Origin: a virus
Lineage: Duplodnaviria; Caudoviricetes
DNA: 64,000 bases
Direction: 5' to 3' (one strand)
Virus record (IMG/VR): IMGVR_UViG_3300008267_000012
Shown here: piece by piece, positions 52,463 through 61,902 of the stretch
How positions within the stretch are numbered: the stretch's first letter is position 1
Layout: the number at the start of each line of letters is the position of its first letter
The notes under the pieces: generated by a model
What the model was told of the DNA's origin: nothing
Seen by the model: the letters and a program-made list of their open reading frames with translations, nothing else
Databases searched by the model: none
Made by a program: the position numbers and the translations under genes

Positions 52463-53232
52463 TTTAAAAAAGATACTGATAATATAATTAAACACCCTAT
52501 TAAAATAACACCAAAAATAATTAAAATTGTTTTTATTACTTCTTTTGGTAAGAATAATTTATTATCTCTAAATGAAGGTATGCCTGTTTTTCTATCAAAG
52601 GGTTGTTTTATTTCAGCCTTTTCAATAACTATTATGCTATCATAATAATGTATTGAGTCAACTGATTTTGTAAATTCACTTATTTTTAAATTTTTTTGTT
52701 TAGAGTGGTAAGCATTTAATGAATCAATAAAATTTTTACTATATTCAATAAAAGTATTTTCTCTTTTATATCCACCACCATATTCTTCCCAATAAGAAGT
52801 ATGCAAATCTTCGCATAGATAAACTCCATCTTTTTTTATTATACCAAATAATTCTTCAAAAGTAGTAATTTGTTGCACCATTGTATGACCACCATCATCA
52901 ATGAGTATATCAACAGAACCAATTTTTTCAGCCACTTTTTTTAAAAATTTTCTATCAGATTGTGACCCAATAAAAATTTCAATATTTTCTTCTTCAAGTT
53001 CTTTACAACGAGGATTAATATCAATACCATATATTTTGGCTCTTTTTCCAAAATAATTCTTCCACATTTGTAAACTTCCACCATGATAAACACCAATTTC
53101 AAGAATTACAACATCTGTATTCCTATAACGATTGAAATGACGTTCATAAATATCAAAATAATGATTCCATTTATGAATTAGTCTTTTTTTATTATTTTCA
53201 AAATAAATCTCTAAATCCGATTTCTTTTTCAT
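52447..53232 (-). CDS. Class I SAM-dependent methyltransferase with C-terminal TM segment
   Basis: HKWNHYFDIYERHF...ILEIGVYHGGSLQMW...YGIDI...DILIDDGGH...GVYLCEDL; start corrected to MKKKSDL. Confidence 0.85.
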   Translation of the reverse strand: MKKKSDLEIYFENNKKRLIHKWNHYFDIYERHFNRYRNTDVVILEIGVYHGGSLQMWKNYFGKRAKIYGIDINPRCKELEEENIEIFIGSQSDRKFLKKVAEKIGSVDILIDDGGHTMVQQITTFEELFGIIKKDGVYLCEDLHTSYWEEYGGGYKRENTFIEYSKNFIDSLNAYHSKQKNLKISEFTKSVDSIHYYDSIIVIEKAEIKQPFDRKTGIPSFRDNKLFLPKEVIKTILIIFGVILIGCLIILSVSFLNQPNI

Positions 53233-53233
53233 T

Positions 53234-53482
53234 TTACTCTTCCGTTTCAAAGGAAATTTCATTGGGTAAATTTAAGGGAAATTTTATTAATTTTATTTGT
53301 TTTGATAATTCATCAGCAATTTCAAAGTGTTCATATTCAACAAAATAAGGAAGTAAAAAAAATTCTAAAATCTCAATTCTTTTAAAATCTTCCATACCAT
53401 CCATTAAAAAATTTGATTTTTTAATTTCTTCATATGAACTCCACATAGCTTTGTGGAGTATATCATAGTTGCTGATTTCCAT
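53234..53482 (-). CDS. Hypothetical protein
   Basis: 82-aa ORF whose 3' end is repeat copy B. Confidence 0.6.
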   Translation of the reverse strand: MEISNYDILHKAMWSSYEEIKKSNFLMDGMEDFKRIEILEFFLLPYFVEYEHFEIADELSKQIKLIKFPLNLPNEISFETEE

Positions 53483-53485
53483 ATT

Positions 53486-54841
53486 TTACTGTTCTTCCGT
53501 TTCAATATCAATAATATTTTCATCCAATTGCTTGGTTTCCATTTCAAGGAACATAAAAGATTTTAATTTGTAAGCATCAAAATTAAATAATTTATCTATC
53601 CTTAAAACTATTCCTTCGCTTGGAACTCTGTTGCCACAGAACTCACAATACTTTTCAAGATACTTCTCTTCAAGTAATTTGATTACTGCTTCATTAAACT
53701 CTTCATCACTCTTAATCTTTTTAAGTGATTTATCAAAGCCAACTAACTTACCAAAATAATATTCAGGTACATGGCGAATACCAAAGTGTTCACAATATGC
53801 TTTAATCTGTCTCCAAGATAATTCACTTACATTACCATCTTCATTTGTGAATGTAATCCTGTATACATATACTCTATAATGAACACCTTCAACATATTCA
53901 TCTTCATAGACTGTTTGAATACATCCATAATCATAACCCTTTTGAATATACGCACCATCTCTTGTATATCCAACTATCTCACCATATAAGGTATAACCTT
54001 TTTGAACTGCATATTCAAAGGTTCTTGCGACATCTCCCCAAACATCACTTGAGTAATAATGATTTGCTTGTGTATTCAAATCATCATTCTTAATAACCCT
54101 TCTTGATGAATAAAGCAAATCATATACTTTATCATTTATGTTTACACCTAACTTCTTTAATACTTTTTCAACAAATGATAACTTGCGATAAGTAAGAAGT
54201 TTACCAAAGATTACAGATGTACCATGTAGCTTTGCTGTGATTGATACATAATCATTTCTATTAACCTTATGGATATTCTTTCTAAGGTGTTCTGTATCAA
54301 TATGGAATCTGAATTGATTCTCAACAACTCTTGAAACCTTCTTAGCTAATTTCTTATCAGATTTAACACCTGATTTTCTTTGGTCTTGAACAACATATTT
54401 CTTTACAATAACTTCATCACCAACTGAATCAAACTCTTCACCAATACTATCAACATCAATAAGTCTATTAAATGATGAAAATGTTGAAACAGCATCAATA
54501 AAGTCTTGCGCTCTAATTAAGAAACCTTGTGATGGTTCACTTCTAAGTCTAACTGCTTTTACTCTTCCCTTTGAACCAAAGAAACCTTTCATTGTTTTAT
54601 CTCTGTTAAGAGACTTATCTGAATATAAATTCAAATAAGAAAGGATTCTTGAATCAATTTGACATTCAAGTGGGAAATAGATACAGATGTCATGTTCCTT
54701 ATATGATAGGTCAGCATAGATTCTTGCATGGTCAATGATAAACCCTTGCAATCTATCCGCATTGGGATGTGTAACAGGTTTTCCTAAAGCAACTACTTTA
54801 GCCAAGTAGTTTTTATTTGCATTTTCAGATATTCTAAACAT
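53486..54841 (-). CDS. ATP-dependent RNA ligase (DRB0094/Rnl2-like family)
   Basis: N-terminal HPNADRL...RVKAVRLR..PSQG; motif I KLHGT, YGEIVG, EGIVLR, YKLKS. Confidence 0.85.
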   Translation of the reverse strand: MFRISENANKNYLAKVVALGKPVTHPNADRLQGFIIDHARIYADLSYKEHDICIYFPLECQIDSRILSYLNLYSDKSLNRDKTMKGFFGSKGRVKAVRLRSEPSQGFLIRAQDFIDAVSTFSSFNRLIDVDSIGEEFDSVGDEVIVKKYVVQDQRKSGVKSDKKLAKKVSRVVENQFRFHIDTEHLRKNIHKVNRNDYVSITAKLHGTSVIFGKLLTYRKLSFVEKVLKKLGVNINDKVYDLLYSSRRVIKNDDLNTQANHYYSSDVWGDVARTFEYAVQKGYTLYGEIVGYTRDGAYIQKGYDYGCIQTVYEDEYVEGVHYRVYVYRITFTNEDGNVSELSWRQIKAYCEHFGIRHVPEYYFGKLVGFDKSLKKIKSDEEFNEAVIKLLEEKYLEKYCEFCGNRVPSEGIVLRIDKLFNFDAYKLKSFMFLEMETKQLDENIIDIETEEQ

Positions 54842-54846
54842 ATTTT

Positions 54847-55161
54847 TTAACCTCCTGTGTTATTTGTTGTATCTATAGCGATATTAGTTGAGTCAATACA
54901 ATCTGTTTCATAACGGTACATAGGATGCATTGGGTCTTGCATATCAAACATTACACTAGTAGTAATTTTATCATTCTTTGGGTTTTCTGAACAATATTTA
55001 GTCTCTTTTATGGATGTTACTATTTCTTCTTTTTGTTTATCTGAACTGAAAAACACTCTGTCTTGACATACTTTACAATATTTCTTTTTTGTAATTACTT
55101 CTTCTTTTTTACAGGAAGAAAAAATAACACCACCTATTAGAATCAAGATTAATTTTTTCAT
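54847..55161 (-). CDS. Small Cys-rich lipoprotein
   Basis: IFSS-CKKEE...CKVC...YC...TDC. Confidence 0.65.
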   Translation of the reverse strand: MKKLILILIGGVIFSSCKKEEVITKKKYCKVCQDRVFFSSDKQKEEIVTSIKETKYCSENPKNDKITTSVMFDMQDPMHPMYRYETDCIDSTNIAIDTTNNTGG

Positions 55162-55209
55162 AATTTTAAAGATTTTTACAAAATTAATGAAAATTTCATA
55201 AGAAAAAAA

Positions 55210-55650
55210 TTAAATTTTACTTTTTTCCTCAGAAGAGAGTAGACCCTTACCAAATTTTTTTAATCTTTCCTCATATCTTATTTTAATTCTTTCAGAAATG
55301 GCAAGAGGATTACCTTCATCATCAATTCTAACAAATTTAATATTAGTATGTGTAACTGTTTCTTGATTACCAGTATAGACATTATGTTTACGCACTTCAA
55401 TATAAATTGAAACTGATGTTGTTCCAAATTCAATTACGTTACCATAAACTTTTAATAGATTTCCAACCTTAACAGGTTTCTTAAAAACTAATTCATCAAT
55501 CTTAACAGTAACCATTCTTGGTGTATCACATAACTGCATAGCATATGCTACTGCTGATTCATCTATAAGTGAGAGCATAACACCACCAAATAAATTATTT
55601 GATAATCCAATATCAGATGCTTTTGCTATGAATGTTGTAATTAACTCCAT
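55210..55650 (-). CDS. Acyl-CoA thioesterase (HotDog, YciA-like)
   Basis: DIGLSNNLFGGVMLSLIDE...VTVKIDELVFKKPVKVG...GTTS...FVRIDDEGNP. Confidence 0.88.
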   Translation of the reverse strand: MELITTFIAKASDIGLSNNLFGGVMLSLIDESAVAYAMQLCDTPRMVTVKIDELVFKKPVKVGNLLKVYGNVIEFGTTSVSIYIEVRKHNVYTGNQETVTHTNIKFVRIDDEGNPLAISERIKIRYEERLKKFGKGLLSSEEKSKI

Positions 55651-56139
55651 TTATCTAAAAGTATAATTTAGTCCAAGACTAAGTATAAAATCAGTATCTT
55701 CAAAATTTAAATTAACAATACCATTAAATCTTTTATTCTTATCTCTTATGTATGATATACCATAGTTTAATCTAAAACCATTTAGATTATTACTTACCTT
55801 TGGGTGTAAATAAAGGAAGAAAGAATTTCTTTCTTCAGGGTTGGTTACTTCAAAATAAGTCTTAACACCAACCCAATAATCAGCAGGTACATATTCTCTT
55901 TTACTATTGTCAATGGTAAAACCAACTCTTAATGCATCATTTGGAATCCAAGCACCAAACTCAAATTGTGTATAATTGCTTTGAGCAAAACTCAAATTTT
56001 TTGAAATTGAAGCATATTTATAAAGTGATTTAAAAAATGATGTATCTTTTTTAAATATATTATACTTTTTAATTGTTGAATCAATTTGACCAAACGATAT
56101 GAATGGTGTAAGTAATAGTATCAGTAGTATCTTTTTCAT
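55651..56139 (-). CDS. Secreted/outer-membrane-like hypothetical protein
   Basis: Signal peptide ending SFG-Q; alternating beta pattern; C-terminal GLNYTFR. Confidence 0.55.
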   Translation of the reverse strand: MKKILLILLLTPFISFGQIDSTIKKYNIFKKDTSFFKSLYKYASISKNLSFAQSNYTQFEFGAWIPNDALRVGFTIDNSKREYVPADYWVGVKTYFEVTNPEERNSFFLYLHPKVSNNLNGFRLNYGISYIRDKNKRFNGIVNLNFEDTDFILSLGLNYTFR

Positions 56140-56979
56140 TAGAATTTTAAGTCATTTAACGAGTCTAACCTTCTATAACCTACATTATGTTTTAAGTTAT
56201 AGGGTTGTGTCATTAAATAGCATGCAACTCCTATTTTTGCTTTATTTATCTCATAAAAATTCTCAAAACAATCATCAATAAAGATATCAATGTTATTCTG
56301 CTTTATAAATGATACTTTTGATTTACCACTTGTTGTAATAACCTTCTCACATGGAAAGTCATTAATTGCTAACCATTCTTCAGTCCATTCAGTAGGAATG
56401 CTTCTGCTTGTAACATATAATGCAGGTTCAAATGGTAATTCACTACCTTTGATTAAAGGTTTTAAATTTAGCCAAAATTGTTTGTCTTTTTTGACTTTCT
56501 CCCAAAGAGATTGCCATTCATAAGGAAAATTCCAATGAGGCTGAGAAAAAACCCAATTAGTATATTTATCATTTTTACATAAGCCTTCTTTCTTTGCTAG
56601 TTCAACAAATGAACCTGAAAAGTCTGCTAACACTCCATCAATATCCAATCCTATACGAGGTGTATTCAAATATGGATGAAGTCTATCATCTCCTTGTGGA
56701 TAAACTCTGTAATATGTTTTAAGGAATGCAGCATTGGTTAAGATATGGTCAATGTGCATACAACCACTTTCAGAATCATTATCTTCACCATTTTTGAATG
56801 CAAGTAAATGTCTTTCAAGTGAATCAATAACTGTTGACCATTTCATTCCAAGTCTCCAATTATTTGCTCCTGTTAGCACCATAGGTTAATACATCACCAA
56901 TACCTTCTGATGCATCAGTTGGAATTAATCCAAGTCTATTCTTATTTGTATTATATCTAAGTCCGTTTCCTTTTTCCAT
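56139..56979 (-). pseudogene. DUF5664 (dATP/dGTP diphosphohydrolase N-terminal) fused to HAD nucleotidase, frameshifted near codon 36
   Basis: Frame 1 from 56979: MEKGNGLRYNTNKNRLGLIPTDASEGIGDVLTYGANRSK*. Frame 2 continues GANNWRLGMKW...LERHL...ESG.MHIDH, then the HAD motif IGLDIDGVLADF. Confidence 0.7.
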
Positions 56980-56980
56980 A

Positions 56981-57256
56981 TTATTCAAAAAATCTATCAT
57001 CACAAAAAATAGGTGTCATTTCTCCAACATAACCACTTGTTATGTTAAATCCAAAATGCTCTAATGCATCTTCATATTCCATACCTTCATTCATAAGTAT
57101 TTCAAGTACTTTTTTTGTTGAATAAATAACACGATTTGTTGTTTCGCATATACCAATGATTGCATCATCAAGTCCATCTGCAAACATAAGTGTTTCATCT
57201 GAAATTCTTTCAATAATAATTTCTTTTCTATTCATATTAATTTGCTCCAAAACCAA
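56981..57256 (-). CDS. Conserved phage hypothetical protein
   Basis: FADGLDDAIIG...VIYS..KVLEIL...EDALEHF.FNI..GYVGEMTPIF. Confidence 0.7.
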   Translation of the reverse strand: MVLEQINMNRKEIIIERISDETLMFADGLDDAIIGICETTNRVIYSTKKVLEILMNEGMEYEDALEHFGFNITSGYVGEMTPIFCDDRFFE

Positions 57257-58319
57257 TTTTCCTTTCTTTCTTTTCAGAGTTATCTTTCTGCTCTATATTA
57301 TAGATTTCAGCAAGTGTCATTGCTTCATCAGTAGTATGGTTTTTACCAAGTTTTTCTAATAACTTGTTAGCTTTTTCAACTGAAAGTTTTTCAAACTTAT
57401 AATTGGTTGTGATTCTTCCTTTTCTTAAAAGTGCTTTATCAATCTTATCAATTGCTGTATTGAATGTACAAACAAATTTAAGTTCAAGGAAATCACCCAT
57501 AAGACCATCAGTAAGATTAAGAAGATTACTGATACCTCTATTAGAAAGTGTTAATTCTCTTGATGTTAGAATTTCTTCAGCATCTTCAATAACAATAATT
57601 GATTTCTTATGGTCTTTAAAGAAATGTAGGAAAGATGGGTCACTCAAGAAATGAATATGTTCATTTGGAAAATAGATTACTTTTTTCTTTTCCTTGCATA
57701 GTTCTGCAATTAGATATCTAATGTAGTGAGTTTTACCACATCCTGGGTCACCATGAAAAAGACAAAGACTTGTACCACCTTCTTTTAAGGATTCAATAAT
57801 TAATTTATTTTCCTCTTGAAAATTATCATTATAATTATCCTCAATTGAAATAAGATATTTATCAGGAATTTCATTAAAGTGAAGATATGGTCCACCATTA
57901 TTCATAAAGAGATTAAAACCGATTTTAGTTTTCTCTCTATATTCATATGGTTTGAATGCTTCAGTACATTCCTTTATGACATTATCAATAAAACTTGTTT
58001 TAATATCATAAAGTATTTCAAGCCTGACTTTATCAGTTGTTATATCAAATGATAAATATATTTTATCATATAATTCATATATTCTAATTGCATAACCTGA
58101 TTTATCATAAGTATGTTTGTTAGATAAAATTGAAGATTCATTAAATGATAGTTTATCAATGATATCCAAAATTTCACATACCTTATCTTCTTCAATTTCA
58201 ATTGTAAATTCTTTTACAATTGTATTGGGTATAAGATTCCAATTTTGATTGTAATGTAGTCTTATTACTGATTCATTTGTAACATCAGGTGAAAATATAT
58301 CCATGAAGCGTCTTTCCAT
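57237..58319 (-). CDS. AAA+ ATPase
   Basis: Walker A LFHGDPGCGKT, Walker B IIVIEDAE, LLNLTDG, FVCTFN, DKALLRKGR. Confidence 0.88.
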   Translation of the reverse strand: MERRFMDIFSPDVTNESVIRLHYNQNWNLIPNTIVKEFTIEIEEDKVCEILDIIDKLSFNESSILSNKHTYDKSGYAIRIYELYDKIYLSFDITTDKVRLEILYDIKTSFIDNVIKECTEAFKPYEYREKTKIGFNLFMNNGGPYLHFNEIPDKYLISIEDNYNDNFQEENKLIIESLKEGGTSLCLFHGDPGCGKTHYIRYLIAELCKEKKKVIYFPNEHIHFLSDPSFLHFFKDHKKSIIVIEDAEEILTSRELTLSNRGISNLLNLTDGLMGDFLELKFVCTFNTAIDKIDKALLRKGRITTNYKFEKLSVEKANKLLEKLGKNHTTDEAMTLAEIYNIEQKDNSEKKERKIGFGAN

Positions 58320-58640
58320 ATTCCAAATATACGATTTTCTTAAAAATTATTGGAAATTTTTATTATAAATTCTAAATGTTCTTCGGAAATATTTTGCCCT
58401 TCAGCCTGAAGAAATTGCTTTAGCACATTTTTCAATATTTGAATTTTAGCATTGTATTTTTCATTAACATCCATATTATCAACACGTTGTGTTTCATCAA
58501 ATGTTTTTAATACATTATCAAGGTCAATACCTGAAGCATTACAAAAGTGTTCTAATCTGTTTAATATTTCAATCATGAATAAAAATACGATTTTTGTTTT
58601 TATTTTTTCAAAAATTACTATTTACAAATAAAATATAATC

Positions 58641-61091
58641 ATGCAAAAGGTACTATCCAAAAAACAAATAGAAAACGATATTTTAAATGAAGGTTTATGG
58701 GATTCAGCAAAATATTTAGCTGCTAAATATTTACCAAAATATAAAGTTGGTGGCAAAATTTGGGGCTTTGGTCAAAACAAAGCCATGAAAGAAATGCAAG
58801 CACAAATTCTAAAAATTATTAATAGTGAAGCTAAAGGATATATAAAGAAATTACAACAAGATATTCATGAAAAAAATCCTGAATTCCCAAATAATAAAGA
58901 TAAAAAACAATTTTTAACTACAGTTTTAGAAATATCACAAGTATATGACACAATCAAGGCTGCTTATGAAAATAAAGAAATCAATCAAACTGAAGCAGAT
59001 ACATATATTTCTAATTTAAGGGCATATGTTAAATATATTATGGACTATCAACTTCACGGAGATGTATATGGACCATTTAATGAAAATATTGAATTAGGTG
59101 AAGATAAATATTTAACAGAAGCAGATATGGTATTTGAAAAATTATTTGGTGAGGCAACTATTGCTAATCCTGATGATATTAGTAGTAAATCCGTAAAAGG
59201 TGCATTAACTAAAGATATACTTGCTAGAGGAGGTGTTAAAGGTTATAATGAATATGAAACAAGTAGAATTGCTACGCAAGAATCAAATAAATTACCATTA
59301 ACATTGGGTGCAATTGGTGCTGTTTTAAGCGCAGCAGGATGGCTTGGTCAATCTCAATGGTTCATTGATTATATTGAAGGATTAAAAGAGATGGATGTTA
59401 AATTTACTCAGGATATTATCCAAAGAAATATTAAAATTGACCCAAGAGGATTTTCTTATACACTTCAAAATAACTTACCTGCTAATCAAGCAATAAATCT
59501 TAATTTCAATCAACCTATTGAAAACCTTAGAAAAGCACTTGAATTTTATGGAAATGGTAATTTACAAAATGGTGTTAATGCGTCTTCTCTTTTTATTGAC
59601 CCTAGCCAAAGAGCAGCATCGGTAACTAATCTATTAGAACAACTTAAAGACCCATCTAATAGAACAATTGGTGATATATTTAATACAGGTGAAGGAACAT
59701 ATGGGAAAGTAGGAACTTTATTTTCACAATATGGTGGTGCTAAAGGTGTAATTGCAAAATACTTTGTAAATAGAATTAAAACAACTCTTATAAAATGGGG
59801 TACAGGTGCAGCAGTAGGTACTGCATTAATTGGTGCAGCACCAGCTTTACTAAGTCTTGGTATTGGTGCAATGGTTGCAGGTGCTTTAGTTAAACTTATG
59901 AGATTAAAAGGTTTAAAAAGTTCAAGAGTAGCAACCTTAAATTTACTTTTGCAAAGTTTAAGACCTGTTGGTAATCAAACTGAAGAAAAACCTCAAGGTG
60001 GTGAAGGGCAAGATAATGTTCAGCAAGATAGTAATAAAGAACAACCTGAAAACGATAAGGAACAAGATAGTGGTGAGCAAGAACCTGAAACAATTAAAAC
60101 TCAAGCACAATTAGGTGCAGGTGAAACACCTGAAACACAAAAACAATTAGGTGGTAAACCTAAACCAAGAGAATTGGGTGCAGGTGAAAGAAGTTTTTCT
60201 GATAGAATTGATGCTACAGATGTTGAAGCAGAACCTGTATCTGAACCTGAAAAACAGAAAGAATTACCTAGTGGACAAAGTGCTGATGTTGACACACTTA
60301 AAAATAATCTAGCTGACTTCTTTAAAAATGTATTAACAATCAAGCCAAAGAAAAGAGAAGCTATTGCAGAAGCAAGAGAATTAGATAAATTAAACATATA
60401 TAAAGAAGATAGTAAAAAACAAAAGCAAATAGAAGATTTTCAAAAGAATGGTGAACTTTTAAGTGTATTAGCAAAAAATATAAATTTAGCTTTAAGAAAT
60501 CCAAAAATTTCAACTGATAGTAAGTTAGAAAATCTTTTAAGAAAGCTTCAACAAAATGTGTATCATGGAACTATTGTTGATATTAAAACATTAATAAAAC
60601 AAAATATTAAGAATAAAGATTTAATACTTAGATTTATTACAATATATCTTACAGCTATTAAACAAACTAGATTTGGTAAAATCTTAAATTATGTACAACC
60701 TGATGAACAGAAAAAACCTGTTCAATTAAATGAAGTGGCTTTAAGAGGAGAAAAAAATATACAAAAGTTTTTAGTTAATTTTGATGTTCAATTCAGGGTT
60801 TATTTAACTGATTTGTATAAGTTACTTGTTTATTTGAATAAACCTGCTACTAAACCTACAACTAAATCTACTGCTACACCTGATTATGAATATACTGGCG
60901 CACAATTAGAGGAAGGTAAAAAGAAGAAAAAGAAGTATTCTAAAAAAGCATCTGAGTTTATTGGGAAAGAAATCTCTCATCTTAAAAAGGATAAGGGATA
61001 TCCTCAAGATAGAGCAGTTGCTGCTGCAATTAATGTAGCAAAAGAAAAGGGAATGAAAGTTGGTTCTAAAAAGAAAAGTCCTAAAGCATAA
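58641..61091 (+). CDS. 816-aa putative virion/ejection protein with Gly/Ala-rich TM segments
   Basis: ACTATTTACA at 58617; ...DILNEG N-terminus; hydrophobic LGAIGAVLSAAGWLG and GAAVGTALIGAAPALLSLGIGAMVAGALV; C-terminal YPQDRAVAAAIN module. Confidence 0.6.
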   Translation: MQKVLSKKQIENDILNEGLWDSAKYLAAKYLPKYKVGGKIWGFGQNKAMKEMQAQILKIINSEAKGYIKKLQQDIHEKNPEFPNNKDKKQFLTTVLEISQVYDTIKAAYENKEINQTEADTYISNLRAYVKYIMDYQLHGDVYGPFNENIELGEDKYLTEADMVFEKLFGEATIANPDDISSKSVKGALTKDILARGGVKGYNEYETSRIATQESNKLPLTLGAIGAVLSAAGWLGQSQWFIDYIEGLKEMDVKFTQDIIQRNIKIDPRGFSYTLQNNLPANQAINLNFNQPIENLRKALEFYGNGNLQNGVNASSLFIDPSQRAASVTNLLEQLKDPSNRTIGDIFNTGEGTYGKVGTLFSQYGGAKGVIAKYFVNRIKTTLIKWGTGAAVGTALIGAAPALLSLGIGAMVAGALVKLMRLKGLKSSRVATLNLLLQSLRPVGNQTEEKPQGGEGQDNVQQDSNKEQPENDKEQDSGEQEPETIKTQAQLGAGETPETQKQLGGKPKPRELGAGERSFSDRIDATDVEAEPVSEPEKQKELPSGQSADVDTLKNNLADFFKNVLTIKPKKREAIAEARELDKLNIYKEDSKKQKQIEDFQKNGELLSVLAKNINLALRNPKISTDSKLENLLRKLQQNVYHGTIVDIKTLIKQNIKNKDLILRFITIYLTAIKQTRFGKILNYVQPDEQKKPVQLNEVALRGEKNIQKFLVNFDVQFRVYLTDLYKLLVYLNKPATKPTTKSTATPDYEYTGAQLEEGKKKKKKYSKKASEFIGKEISHLKKDKGYPQDRAVAAAINVAKEKGMKVGSKKKSPKA

Positions 61092-61096
61092 CCAAT

Positions 61097-61132
61097 AAAA
61101 AAAGAAACCCCGATTACAAGTCGGGGTTTTTT
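61097..61132. terminator. Bidirectional intrinsic terminator
   Basis: AAACCCCGA...TCGGGGTTT with flanking A/T runs, between convergent genes. Confidence 0.8.
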
Positions 61133-61418
61133 ATTTAAAGACCGTTTGATTTAAAGTAGTCAATAATCTCTTTATTAAGATTATTATACTCTTTGATGTA
61201 ATCTTTTAGTTCACCATCAAAATCAGAAAGTTGGTCTTTATTGATTTTTTCCAATGCTCTTTCTAGAGGCATTCCATAACCTAAGTTTTCTTGTTTGGTT
61301 GCCATTTCTCCTGTTGTTGGTGAATTGCGACCAAACCCTTCACGTTTTTCATAATCAACTTCTTTATAGAGGTTGTAATGTGAACTTTCTTGTTCAATAA
61401 GATAATTTTTATACTTAA

Positions 61419-61901
61419 TCATATGACATTTATTTTAATCTTTATATCATGTGGTGCTACACTTGTACCACCAAAATAAGGTTTTAATATTGTTTTAATT
61501 GGAAATAATTTTTCACCTCTTCTTGGAAGAATTATACTAGCATCTTTAAAAAGAAGATAAAAGTTATTTGTAGAAACGATTATTCTTGCACCATAATAAG
61601 TATTATAGTCTAAAGTCATTTCTTTACTGATATTTTTAATCCCATTATCATATGTGTATAGACATATTTGAAATTGCTCTTCATTAAGTCTTCTCCAACA
61701 TAGTCTTGCTGATGATTGATGTGGATGCCAAGAATTTGATAAACCAAATAATTTATTCCAATCATAATCATCTTCTGTATTAAATGTATAATGAGCAGAT
61801 GAATCAATCATAAATTGAAACTTAATGCTTCTTCCAAATTTGAAGAATGGAAAGTTAACCCAATTTGAATAATGCTTTCCTTTTTTGATTATATATTCCA
61901 T
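61419..61901 (-). CDS. Conserved phage hypothetical protein (beta-rich)
   Basis: IKKGKHYS...DWNKLFG.S...SAR.CWR...LKPYFGG..VAPHDI. Confidence 0.6.
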   Translation of the reverse strand: MEYIIKKGKHYSNWVNFPFFKFGRSIKFQFMIDSSAHYTFNTEDDYDWNKLFGLSNSWHPHQSSARLCWRRLNEEQFQICLYTYDNGIKNISKEMTLDYNTYYGARIIVSTNNFYLLFKDASIILPRRGEKLFPIKTILKPYFGGTSVAPHDIKIKINVI

Positions 61902-61902
61902 A

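Larger units (their letters stand above)
51474..53276. mobile_element. GT2+methyltransferase cassette bounded by 34-bp direct repeats
   Basis: 51474-51507 versus 53243-53276, 31/34 identical; no integrase or transposase inside. Confidence 0.65.
4051..58626. promoter_or_regulatory. Presumed late promoter motif ACTATTTA(T/A/C)A on the coding strand
   Basis: At 4051 (variant), 6662, 17463, 19655, 20559, 21274, 22675/22684 (divergent pair), 25647, 34270, 45243, 51021 and 58617; always ~10-35 nt upstream of putative virion or secreted genes. Confidence 0.7.

Noticed and set aside
51474-53276. IS element or transposon
   Set aside because: No transposase and no terminal inverted repeats; only a direct duplication, so it is called a recombination-derived cassette.
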